A DNA stretch of 64,000 nt from Octopus vulgaris (Eukaryota), in the NCBI GenBank assembly GCA_951406725.2, contig OX597827.1, positions 34,534,001 to 34,598,000 of the forward strand. Reading direction: 5' to 3'. Below, piece by piece: positions 40,290 to 52,550 of this stretch. Under the pieces are notes generated by a model that saw only the letters and a program-made list of their open reading frames with translations, did no database searches and had not been told where the DNA came from. Within the stretch, counting starts at the first letter, position 1. Each line of letters begins with the position of its first letter. The translations under genes and the position numbers were made by a program.

Positions 40290-40625
40290 TCAAATATTCT
40301 CAATCCACTACACTTTGTACATGCTTCATCTTCTGGTCCATTAGTACACTAACTCCTCTCTCCGCCTTTTCTACTGCTACTATAATAGCCTCTGCTTCTC
40401 AGATCTGGCTGGGCTCAACCCACTTCCACTCACATGAACTCGGTTCATATTTCCTCCTTTCTTCACCCTCAAACTGCTCCAAACCACCCCCTGGTCCCAC
40501 ACTTAGTCACTATACTCAATCTTTCTTCTCCATAATGTCATAGCTCTGGAATTTCCTTCTGTCTCTTGTCTTTTCCACAGACATTATTAACCTAAAAAGG
40601 ATCAAGAGAAACATTAACAGCATCC
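40290..40625 (+). mobile_element. CR1/Jockey-like LINE ORF2 3' fragment
   Basis: Reads LRLFYCYYNSLCFSDLA...HYTQSFFSIMS*LWNFL...NLKRIKRNIN, the SFF-x5-WN.L C-terminal motif. Confidence 0.6.
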
Positions 40626-41779
40626 ACCTCACTGGTCTTGTAGGGCCTGCAAAAATGGGATACAGCCCCTTTTTCCAAACTCAGTAGCTTAAGAAGTAAA
40701 AATACACATACACACACACAGAGTCCATCTGGATTTAGTCAATGGTAAAAGGACAGCAGTGATGGGTTTTTGTTTTTTTACATAGACCCAAAGATGGGGA
40801 AGCATAATGAAGGAGAAATTTTTTCTTAAACTAAAAATCTAGCTCAAATGCTTGCAACATCGTAAACACTGCTAAAGAAACCCAATAACCAGGCCATGAT
40901 TTTTCAACAGATTAAATCTACAATCCAAAAACCAAAGCATTCACAAAGTTTTGGTCAATCTAAGACTAAGGTGGAAGACACTTAAATGTCTAAAAGTAGC
41001 TAGAATTCAGTAAAAGTAATACATATTTTGGTAGCTTCAGTGCTAAGTACAAATTCTTCATGTAGAATGAAATCAACCAGGTCAATCTATCATGGATACT
41101 ACATGAATCCAAAGCTATTCATGTACCGCCTTCTTATGGTGAATTGAATTCTATAATTACTGATGCACCACATATCCTGTTAATCATATAAGATCTATAT
41201 GCAGGGTTGCCAGATCAATTTTATGAAAAGTAGAACAAAATTTTCAAAAAGTGACAGACTGTATCACAATTTAACCCAAAATGAAAATTTTGCTAATAAA
41301 TAAAATACAGAATGATTGCCTGTAAGTGAGTTTTAATTTACCTAGTTCATATTTTGATATGACATTCTATAGGATTCTTAACTGTAACCCTTTAGCATTT
41401 AAATTGGCCATATCCATCCTAAATATTCCGACCACATCTGGCCTCTCACACCTACCCTACAATGTTGTCTAAAAATAAACGATCATGTCATCAAAATCTT
41501 GAAGCTATATGATAATGCATGATTAATTCAAAATAATATAAATAAATAAGCATTACATTTGGCAGAATAATCTGTATAAAACCCAGCAAAACCAGAACAA
41601 ATACCAAAAGACATTTTGTCCAACAATGATGATTCTGCCAAATAACAGCCTACAAATTAAGGAAGAAAATACTTGGTTATATTGACCCCAGAGTTTGACC
41701 CAAGGAAGATAAAAGGCAAAGGAGACCTTGACAGGATCTGAATTTAAAACATATCAAAAGATATTCATTCTGGAATTAT

Positions 41780-42355
41780 ATAATCTGCCAATTTGTTCCA
41801 ATAATGGAACAAAACTAAAGGAAGTCAGTGATTTTAAGTACCTTGTATCTTATTTTACTGACAGTAAGAAAGACTTTCTTACACACAAGGAACAAGTTTT
41901 AAGTGCTTGTAACATGGTTCAAAACATCTACCAATCAAATATTTTGGTTAACAAGGCTTGCCTTCAAAGCATATGCACAGAGCATTCTTCTCTATTGAGC
42001 AGAAATCTAGTTAAAAAAAAAGTATCTTTAAGATCCTGATAATTGTATGTACACCAAGCTTCTGATGAGGGCTCAAAACATCAAACGGCATAAGCACAAG
42101 ATCAAAGAGGAGATTTATGGACACATTTCATCTACCTCTGCTATTGCTGCCCAACATGGGATAGGCTTTATACAGGCTTTACTGGCCACTGTTTTTGTGC
42201 TGAACAACAGGCCCTGTCAGATGTTACATGCCAGTGACTTCTGTAACCTAATAAAGAATGAAGAACAATCAACTACATTGATGTTATCAGCAGAAACACA
42301 CAGCATGAAATTAAAGATCTCCCAAAGCTAATAATGGTGGGGATCAGACATTCCT
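41780..42355 (+). mobile_element. RTE-group LINE RT C-terminal fragment
   Basis: LKEVSDFKYLVSY...ACN..., MYTKLLMRAQNI...EEIYG; degenerate. Confidence 0.7.
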
Positions 42356-42399
42356 GGTACAGGGTCTTGGTTGTAACTGCAAGAAGTTCTGGTAACTGA

Positions 42400-42690
42400 A
42401 TCTGTAGTAGATCAAGAGAATGAATTCTAGGTCTGGAAGCAAAACCTAGAGTCAAGAGGCCTCAAAAGTACATTTCACAAGGACTAAAGTATTAGTAAAT
42501 AGGCAGAAAGATAGGACTTTGATAACATTAAGGAAATGACTGATCCATATGAGGAAAGCACTAGGCAGAAGTCTATAAGATGTACTCAGTGTAAACTACA
42601 GATGCACAAGAAATAGGATCACTGATAGGCTGATAGAAACAATGAATTTCATGTGTGGCAGACAGACAGGAACAATATGCACTAAGAGTT
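42400..42690 (+). mobile_element. RTE LINE fragment (same family as 45890-46765)
   Basis: KQNLESRGLK...TKVLVNR...IRCTQCKL with frameshifts. Confidence 0.6.
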
Positions 42691-42709
42691 CACAGGAAAT
42701 AAATTTTCA

Positions 42710-42865
42710 CTAAAATGGTTAATCTGGTCGAACTGAGAGTTCCCCATTTAAGATAACATGGATGCTGCTCAAACTTGAAAGACTGACCAATGCAAACATT
42801 TCCTTGAGAAATTTGAAGATGCAGAAAGCAGAACACTATCCAATCAAAGTTGGATGTCGAGGAAG
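42710..42865 (+). mobile_element. Restriction-like endonuclease fragment of a Hero/R2-group non-LTR element
   Basis: LVELRVP..DNMDAAQT*K....YPIKVGCRG resembles the ELTVP..E..K..Y...EVGCRG motif. Confidence 0.45.
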
Positions 42866-43359
42866 CAGTATGAAGTGATGGTTGTTGTCAAGGATTGCTA
42901 AGCCTAACTCAATGTAAAATAAATAATCTCATGAGCACTATCCAAGCTACAGTGAAAAAGGCAAGCCACTGGATATGGTTAAAAAGAGATGATATTGAAG
43001 AGAATATTGAGTGAAGACTAGTAGCCACTTGATCTAGCAAGTGAGGCCTCACCTTAATTGGGCAAGGCAGGTGTGCAACAATGACATCAAGAGAAAGGGT
43101 CCATAAGCCTGTTGGTGTCCCATATATGGAGCTTTCAACTGGTAGCACTTACATCTGCATGTTGTTTGCAAATAATATATCCTGATTTTAGTTTTTAAAA
43201 TTGTTAAATATCACTCCGCTTCCTTAAGGATCATATCTTGAAATCTGTAATCATATTTTACAATTTCCATAAGTGCACAATTCCTTAACCAAAGTTTCTA
43301 TAACACAGGGAATCCTCACAGTTTTGTCACCATTATATAGTATTAGATAGATAGATATG

Positions 43360-43739
43360 GCACACCATCGGTTATGACGACGAGTGTTCCAATCGATCCG
43401 ATCAATGGAACAGCCTGCTCATGAAATTAACGTGCAAGTGGCTGAGCACTCCACAGACACTTGTACCCTTAACGTAGTTCTCGGGGAGATTCAGCGTGAC
43501 ACAGAGTGTGACAAGGCTGGCCCCTTTGAAATACAGGTACAACAGAAACAGGAAGAAAGAGTGAAAGAAAGGTGTGGTGAAAGAGTACAACAGGGTTCAC
43601 CACCACCCCCTGCTGGAGTCTTGAGGAGCTTTAGGTGTTTTCACTCAATAAACACTCACAACGCCCGGTCTGGGAATCAAAACCGTGATCCTAAGACCGT
43701 GAGTCCGCTGCCCTAACCACTGGGTCATTGCGCCTCCAC
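43360..43739 (-). mobile_element. tRNA-derived SINE family C, near full length
   Basis: Minus-strand head GTGGAGGCGCAATGACCCAGTGGTTAGGGCAGCGGACTC...GGTTTTGATTCCC; partial copies at 1, 8000, 13340, 27740 and 43850. Confidence 0.8.
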
Positions 43740-44884
43740 TATTATACAGTATACTACCACAACTATAAACGCTACCACTCATACTACAACCATAACATAT
43801 ACTTCCACATCAGTTACAATTATAAACTATATATAATGTTCTCAAAGTGTGTGGAGACTCCCTGTGTAGGGAGCATCTACATAGTTCAACAAGATTAGCA
43901 GCTTGACAAAAGTGATAAAATAAAGTACCAGCCTTAAAAGTAGTAGGGTCAATCTGTTTGAGTAAAAACCTTTGAGGTGGTACCCCGTCACAGTTGCAGG
44001 CTAATGACTAAAACAAGTAAAAGATAGATCTGAATGCACAGACCTGGCGAAGGAGATACTGATGAACTTATCATTGTTCATTCATTCACACACAGACACA
44101 TGTATATAAGTATACATACGGAAGTACTCTGTAGCTGTGTGGGGAAAGAGAGAGAGAGAGAGGGAGAGGGGTGACTGACTTGTATACGTTGATAATTATC
44201 TCATATCATGAAGAAAAGGCAAAAGTAAAATCGCTTTGAGGCTACCTGGGTAACATTTGCATACACTACATGGTGTTATTTTACATGGAAAGTGAACTGA
44301 AGAGCATAAATCTAAAATATTCAACTCAAATATTGGGTTGAATTAGTGTAATATGGATAATAATGATGTGAGCCTGCAATGTGTAAGACATGAAATTCAT
44401 TTAGTAATGTGGCTCAGAGGTTCAGATATCCAGGAGCTTGAGAGAGGAGGGAATTACCCTTATTCCCACATCCGCTCTGGCCCAGGGTGTCAGTATTTGA
44501 CAAAGGCCCCAGTTATGGGTTAAATAGCAAAAGACAGTCCTGTAAATAAAGCATTAAGAATTCATAGGAGAGCTGACCCCTAAACAATACTTAGACAATC
44601 CTACAAGTTTGTGGACATGCCCTAATATCACATGAACAAGTTCATTTTCTTAAGGGTTGAATAGGCCCTGTGTACATCAAGAATAAACTACGGAGAGTAG
44701 GAGATTAGCAGAGTAAACTGTAAACTGGTATAAGGTAACAAGAAGCCACTGCTGTATTTTTCCCAAGAAAAATCATACTTCAAACTTTGGCATGGAGTTC
44801 CATGATTGCTGATGTCTGTAAAACAGGCATGGCAATAGAAATAAAGTGTCTGAGTTTAAACTCAGACAAACCCAACCACAGATT

Positions 44885-45810
44885 CATCATCATCATAATT
44901 TGAAGTCCATTTTCATTGCTGCCATGGGTTGGACTGTTTGACAGGATCTGATAAGCTGCAGGGCTGCATCAAACTCCAATGTTGACTCTGGTATGGCTTC
45001 TATCACTGAATGCCCTTGTGCTAACCACTTTATAGTGTGAACAGGCTGTATTTTTCATGCAACCAGCACTAGTGAGGTCACCAGATAAGTTGTAAGACAA
45101 GGAAGGAAAAAGGGAAAAGGAAAAGTCTACTGAGAGTGGGAGTGTGGTTACATGACAGGTGTTCAGGGACTAAAAACTAAAAAGTATGACTGCCAACAAC
45201 CTAGATGCCTTGCTACAGAAGAGATATATGGCTACTACAACATTGTATAGAGGTGGGTGGGAGTAGCTGGAAAGGAGGTAGAGATGGTAGTGATTAGATG
45301 CCAGAGCCTCAAGATACAAAGTGGTGTGTGGTGGGGGAGAGTTGCAGATAGTCAGAAATGTGGGTAGATTTGAATGTAGTGAATGATGAACAAAGGTAGA
45401 AATGTGGTTTGGGAAATACCTGAATGGAGAATGGGGTGGTAAAGTAAAGGGAACAGAAGGGGTTCAAGAAGGTGAACAGATCCGAAAGCAGGGAATGATA
45501 AGCAAGGTGTAGGAGAAGTGGGAAGGGAGGTGTAGAGGTACAAAGGTTAGTTATAGAAAGTGGGTCATGAAGGCAGATATGAGAGGGTGTGGAGAATGAT
45601 AGCAGATGTAAAGGAGAGACAGTTGAAGGTACAGAAAGGAGGTGATGACCAGTAGAAAGGGATGATAATGAGAGACAGAAGTGGTTCTAGGAGTGAAGGA
45701 ATTGGAAGGGGAGCATGTAATATATCAATTGTGATCAAGTGGCTACATAGGTAAAGTGATGGGTGTTAGAGGTTGATATACTGAGGAATGCTTGGCAGGG
45801 CAGAGGAGGC
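44885..45810 (-). mobile_element. Family D retroposon with a long pyrimidine-rich (on its sense strand) 5' region
   Basis: RTE-type tail at 44885-44935; GTGAGGTCACCAGATAAG..AAGACAAG junction shared (inverted) with 47785-47815. Confidence 0.55.
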
Positions 45811-45889
45811 GGGGCAGTGCCCTTCTATTGCCTTAAGCAATAACCAAGGCATAAAATCATAACCAAGGTAGTTTTACGACATCATTTTT

Positions 45890-46765
45890 GTGATGGATGT
45901 GTCTTCTAAAGCACAGCATGTAGCCAATCATCTCAGTTCTCTGTCATCTCCTCTCTAAGGTTCAGCATCTTGAGATCAGCCTTCAATACCTCATCCCATG
46001 TCTCCCACAAGTTTCACCCACTTAAAGCATCTTCTTTTTACAGATCTGCTCATCCATATGTATCACATGACCAAACCAGCAAAGTCTCTCTTGCACATAA
46101 CAGCTGAGTCCCCTAATGCCTAATTTTTCTCTCAATCCATTAGCACTTTGTTGCACATGCATACTAATATCATACATCCATCAGAACATACAGCTTCATT
46201 CTTCTCTAGTTTACACGACCTTAGCATTCAGAGTACACAATGCTTGTGTACAAGCATTGCTGTTTGGACACAAGTATCATACGGTATGTTTTTCACTTAC
46301 CAACAGAGGTAATAGCTCTCCAAACTTTCTCCATCCTGTCCTTATTCTAGCACTATATTTTCAAAACATCCTCCTCCACTGCTAATTATGCCACCTAAGT
46401 AACAGAAACTATGTATTGCTTCAAGTGCATCTTTAGTGTTTATAGCTCCTATCCATATACAAATACCACTTTCTCCATTAATGTTCTTAAGACTCCGCTG
46501 CACCCCTTGTGTGACCATAGCTGACATTGGGTAACCATATGTAAATTCCTGTCTACGCCTTTTCTACATATCAAAAGAGCCATTTACCAGAAGAGAGTGG
46601 GGTCCTATCTGTTTCCTTGCTTATAGAACTTTGGTTTCAGCTAAGTTAACTTTAAGACCCTTTGATTCAATGTTTTGCTTCTATATGTTGTTTCTTTTCT
46701 AACTCAATTAAAGATTGTTGTATGAGAATAAAGTCATCAGCTTATAGTGGTTCCCAAAGGCAACG
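45890..46765 (-). mobile_element. RTE (BovB-like) LINE reverse-transcriptase fragment
   Basis: Minus strand CLWEPL*ADDFILI (YADD motif), KQNIESKGLKVNLAETKVL, LEAIHSFCYLGGII. Confidence 0.85.
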
Positions 46766-46779
46766 ATATATATATATAT

Positions 46780-47035
46780 ATCAAGGGTTTAACAGAAAGA
46801 ACACAACAAAGTGAAAAAGTTAGACAAAAGCAGAGCAAACAGGCAAAGACACGATACACGCAATATAGTTGATTTTTCCTCATCAGCTAATAACCCAAAG
46901 TATCATAGTGATTTCGTGCCATTTACCATTGAGACCACTCAGTTTTAGAGACGCCAGAGCTCTTATTAAGCTTCTGAGAAAAAGCTAGCAAATGTATACT
47001 AAGACAGAAACAGAGAAGACATTGTATAAATACAA
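46780..47035. mobile_element. Probable PLE-type terminal remnant abutting a TA run
   Basis: Begins right after a TA run that truncates the RTE; weak CTGATGA and GAAA motifs on the minus strand. Confidence 0.3.
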
Positions 47036-47389
47036 CAAAGAATTATGCATTCAATTCCACTGTGTGGCACCTTGGACAAGTGTCTTCTACTATAGCCTCA
47101 GGCCAACCAAAGTCTTGTAAGTGGATTTGGTAATGAAAACTTAAAGCAGTCCAGTGTGTGTATCTTTGTCCCTCACCACTGATTGGTTTGTTTACATCTC
47201 TGTAACTTAGCAGTTCAGCAAACAAGACCAACAGAATAAGTACAAGACTTTAAAAAATTAGGTACTGGGATCAATTAATTCTACTAAAATTTCTCCAAGG
47301 CAATGCTCCAGCATGACCAGTCTAATGACTGAAACAAGGAAGATAAAATATATATATATGTCTGTGTGTGTGTGTATGTCTCACACACA

Positions 47390-47945
47390 CAGACAATCTG
47401 TTCCTGACAATCCTCTTCCTCACACCATATCTTGCAAGCACCCCCTCCTTCATCCATCTATGCTCTCCATCTGCTGTACTCCCATCCCATTCCCTCTATG
47501 TCTAAATCACCCGTTGCCTCCCACTCTCCTTTTGCAATCCTGTGAACTTACCCACCCATTTACCTTATCTAATCCTTGGTCCCACTTTATATACACCTCA
47601 CTGTAACTTGAGTGTACCCCTCTCACCACCATCACTGTCACATCTCTCTCTCTCTCTCTCTCTCCCCAAACTCCCCCTTCCTCTCTCCTGCAGAGGCGGC
47701 CATGTATCTCCTTTCCTACGTACTGAAACACCTGGTACAAAACCAACTTCCTCAATACTACTTCCCCACCCTCAGATGAGAGGTCTTGTCTTGTAGATTA
47801 TTTGGTGACCTCACTGATGTTGGTGCCACGTAAAAAGCACCCCCATACACTCTGCAAAGTGGTTGGTGTTAGGCAGGGTATCCAACCATACAAAACATGA
47901 CAAAACAGACTCCCATGCCAGCATAGAAAACGCACGTTAAATGAC
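47390..47945 (+). mobile_element. Family D retroposon (CT-rich 5' region plus RTE-type tail)
   Basis: GGTGACCTCACTG..GCCACGTAAAAAGCAC..AAAGTGGTTGGTGTTAGG..CATGCCAGCAT..ACGTTAAATGA. Confidence 0.65.
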
Positions 47946-49841
47946 CATCACACACACACACACAGAGGTGGGGAGAAATTAGTTACCTGAAGACGATTGA
48001 AAAATATACGTAATGAAAGGCACTAAGAAAAACAGAAACTAGTATAAATACGAAATTTACAATAAAGTATTGAAACTACTCCGGCAATAACTAACTTAAA
48101 TATAGTTATACCCGCGGCAGATTTGAACTCAAGAGTATCGAATTCCTTATTCAATTGGCTGATTAGTTTTCATTATGACCGTATTCGCGCGCGTGCATTT
48201 GTGTGTGCACGTATATATTGTGTGTATTATACATTCTTGTGTGTGTGTGTATTACAGAGAGAGCGAGGACAGGTATTCACTATAATGGTTGCCAAAAGAT
48301 TACACAACAGGTCTACTCCAAAGGAAAACTTCTATAACATTTGGCGATAGACAGGGAGTGGTTTGAAAACAACTTAATCACACAAAGTGGATACAAATAT
48401 GACCTAATACGTCACCCGATAAACTTTATGGAAGAAAAAAAATTAACGTGATATGGGTGGAGGGATAATTGCGCCCATCACTGATCTTATCACGACCGTC
48501 ACCGCCAGCACGTGCCTCTTAGCAACAATTAAATCGACGTGATTAATAGTTCATGGATCCACAGGAAAAAGGTGAAGAAAAGTTAAGTTATTTAAGATGC
48601 AGAAGAGGCGGTTTAATTCGAGATAGTTGCATAAATAAATGTATAGATACGAGAATCATTATTTTCTCCAAGTAATATAGATGTGTCGTACTTGAATGAC
48701 TCATAGGAATTCCAAAAAGAAAATAAGGTGAATGGTCATTCATATAAATGACGATTTCTTAATTGACACAATAAACTATTGTAAGAAAACCAATATGTAA
48801 ATTAGTTCACATTGACACACACATACACACTTGCGACACAGTGACAAACACTTGAATCTTCTCTGTACATCCACTATTTCTTTTCGAGGGGGAGGGTTGC
48901 GCGTGTGTATGTGTGTGCATTATATACGGCAACGATAAACAACTGAAAATGAGGCGAGCCAACGGGGGAACCTCTACGTGGTCGCTCGACGTTCCAGAAA
49001 TAACAACCAAATCTCTCCCAAATTATACCACGTTACAACCTAAAAAAAAGGGTAGGATAACAATATGAAAGAAGGGATGGTCATGGCTGAGATATCACTG
49101 ATCATAGGTCTACTGGATTATTGCTGACCTGAGTTAAATAATAACAACTGAGAATAAGAAACAGCGAATGAAAGAGATAGAGCGACTGAATGAAAGAGAT
49201 AACAATGTGTTCGCACGAGTGTATGTAGAAATGTATGTGTGTGTACTTTAATTTATGCATGAAATTTTTTGTAAATTTTTATCAGAATAACAAAATAGGC
49301 AAATATTGTGTTGCTGTTGTAAGTATTGTTGTGTGCATTCACAAGTTCACATTTATTATTACACTTATCAAAAGGTAAGTGATAAGTAACAGACATCACC
49401 GGTGAAATACGGGGTGGAGGTACACAATAGTAACCAGACCATTCAACCCTGCTACCCTGAACTTCCCATTCTCTTTAGGTCAGGCAACGCGGGGTCATGG
49501 CTCTTAAAGAAAAACGAACTGAAGCGACTGTCAAAACGATATGTTTACTAAAAGGTGCAGACAATTATTACGAATAAATAATTATTGTTAAACGATAAGA
49601 ATAGAAAAGTAATTATAAACACAACTGATTCTGGGTAAGTAGGGACATTAAAGAAAAAAGTAAACCACACATATACATAAACACACGCACATACATATAT
49701 ATTATATAAACACACTCACACACAAACCACGATCTCTAATCCTTTCTTATCGCATTATCACTATCTTTCATTCTTTCTTTCATCCAGTTGCTTTCTTCAC
49801 TTCTTACAGAGATGAGCCAAGAAATCAGAACATCCACTTAC

Positions 49842-50670
49842 ACATTTCCAGTCGGGTCCGAACTGCTGGTGGCTCAGAATAAGTCTTCGGTGGGTCTGGC
49901 CTGTGACAAAGGAGAGTTAGTGTTCACCTTCCAGGCTGGCCCCATCTTTTCACGGGACAGTCGCTCTGAATTACACAACTGTCCTTCGTTCTTTCTCGTA
50001 TTTTTTTAATCAACCCCTTTTTGTAAATGTTATTGTTGTCTTACAATGTCTTCCTTCTTTTGTCTTCCTCTTTTTAGTTCCCTTGGCGCTTGTTCACATT
50101 TTGTTTCCTTTTTTTTTTTACTTTTCATGTGTCTTTATGAGATCTGTCTTTCTTTTTCTACTTTCTTTCCTTCCCTGCCGCACGCACTCCTTCCCTCTCT
50201 CTTTCATAATTATATTTTTCTTGTTCCTTTTCTCTCCCACTCCTCTGTATCTCACTATGTTTTGTCTTTCAGTTTCTCACTCTCACATTCTGTATCTCTA
50301 TCTCTCTTTCTCTCACATGGTATGTTTTTATATATGTGTATGTATTCTTTTCGCTCTTTCCGCCACTCTTATACACACTGAAACACATACAGACACATAC
50401 GTGCACACATACACACACATCAGCGGTCACACGCCAAACGTAAACAAAACGAAGGGACGTAACTCTGAATGGATTGTTAGGTGCTTTTTTTTCTCCTTTC
50501 TCAATTCTTTTATTGTGATGAGGAAGGAAGAAGTCTGTAGTGAAAAGAGGGAGGAGAAAAAGAAGTTGTAAAGAAGGAGGAGGAAAAGGAGGCCGTAGTA
50601 CAAAGAGGGAGGAAGAGGAGAGAGACTTTATTTAAAACTGGAACGAAACCGACGCCATATTGGATGGAAT
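49842..50670 (-). other. Probable first (mostly 5'UTR) exon of the zinc-finger gene; 5' boundary approximate
   Basis: Unique, more GC-rich segment ending ...GGAAATGT|GTAAGT (consensus donor 49841-49836); YY1 motif near the upstream end; same strand as the ZNF. Confidence 0.55.
50651..50663 (-). promoter_or_regulatory. YY1-type motif CCAATATGGCGTC near the presumed TSS
   Basis: Matches AANATGGCG, a motif typically found just downstream of a TSS in this orientation. Confidence 0.55.
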
Positions 50671-50832
50671 TAATTCGACTTCAATGAATAAATAAATAAA
50701 CCGAATAATACCTTGCTGTTTAGTTTTTTCGTTTTGTTTATTTTACTGTGGCAGAGATTGAATTAAAGGACTGACACATTTAGATATTGATTTTCATATA
50801 TATATATATATATACATACATACATGTATATG

Positions 50833-50863
<31 letters not shown>

Positions 50864-51179
50864 ATGTATATATATATGTATATGTGTGTGTGTAAATAAG
50901 TATGTATGTTATTGTATCAAAATATTGAATTATTTATATTGTTATATGGAAATAATTTACGCGGGGGATATTATTGCGGTTCACCGTTTACAGGTACTTT
51001 CAGTGTTGTTTATTCTTCGATCAAGACAAAAACTGTTTTCAAAAAAATTCATTTCCAAAGTATGGCAGCAAAGCAGGGACCAATCTGTCATATGAGAACT
51101 GGCTGTTGCCGTTTGTTGGTGTATCATCAGTTGAGCAAGGAAACTGAACATACTTGCTGACAGATAATAGGGTTTGTTT

Positions 51180-52550
51180 GGTTAGCGTGTGAACATATCT
51201 GGCTGTATGCGGCTTATGTGTATGTTATGCGTATGCGTATATAATGCGCGTGTATGTGCAGCTGATATTTATATAAGTGTACATTCGATTAATGTGTAGT
51301 TGTACTGGGTGTGTGTGTGTGTATATATACAACTAACGCTTATACAGTGCGTGTATGTATGTATATATAAGGCTGATGCGTTTGTTGGATGTTTATAAAA
51401 ACGAGTGATGTGTATGTACGTGTGAATTGATGTGTACGTTGTGCATATGAACGTGTGTAAGCAGCTGAGTTGCATACTGTGTATAACTGAGGTATGTATG
51501 CTTACAGTGTATATGAATATGAGTGTGTTTACTCTACGTTTGATGCGATTTTATATAAGTACAGTTTGTATGTTATGTAGCTATGTGTATGGATATACAT
51601 TGTTTATGCAGTGTATTATTATATATAGCATATGCGTTTAATGCACGTCTGCGCGCTGTGGATGCAGTTTCATTGATTGGGGCGTGTGTGTGTGTAGTAT
51701 GATGTGGGAGATGTTTGTGTTACGAGCCTGCCACTGAATAAAACTGAATAGAGCTCAAGATGTGTGCGTCGGTGTTGGGAGTTGGTCGTATGCGCGCGCG
51801 TTTATCAGCTTGTGTATATAGTCGTGCAAGATCATATCTGCGTGTACCTGCACATTTGAGAGAGCTGTGTAAACAATATAGCATATGCACGCTCCGGTGT
51901 GTTTGTGTGTGTGTGAGTAGTCGAGGAAACTAATGTTTATATATCTGCATAGTTGATAGAATGTGTGTGAATATGTTTATCTGCTTTTTGAGTACCGAAA
52001 ATGTGAATGCAAATGTATTTTGTGTATGTGAGTGACTCTTAGGCAGCTTATACGTCGTGTATGTGAATGCGACAAGCGGTAGTTTTATGTGTATGGATGC
52101 ATGGAGCTGTATGAACACGTTTTGTGTTTGTTTTTTGGGGGGTTTTTTTACATTAAGATCTGCTTCAGAGAACCAATGTAATGTATGTTTGGATGTTAGC
52201 GTGCGTAAAGGTTTAAGAGATTTAAAATGGTATCTATATGTGTGCGCGTGCGTTTTGTAAAATGATGCTTGGAGTAAACAATGCAGTTAGTATGCGTGCG
52301 CATATGCACGCACTCGAGTGTGTGTGTGTGTGTATCTATGTCTGTGTGACATGAGTTATATGATGTGCTTCGGGTAAACAATGTAAATGTGTGTGAACGT
52401 GAGATTTGTTATGCGCTTTAAACTATGTGTCTGTCTGAATGTGAGCGCGCGCGTGTGTGAAAGAGAGATAGCATGAGTTTTGTTTACGAGATATGATTTG
52501 AGGAAAACATTGGCTGTGTGTGTATGCGTGTGTGAACGTGAGTCGTTGCA
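51180..52550. repeat. Degenerate alternating purine-pyrimidine (TG/CG/TA) tract
   Basis: Directly visible, ~1.4 kb. Confidence 0.8.

Noticed and set aside
49788-50571. Plus-strand hydrophobic ORFs (73-162 aa)
   Set aside because: CT-rich low-complexity sequence antisense to the probable exon 1
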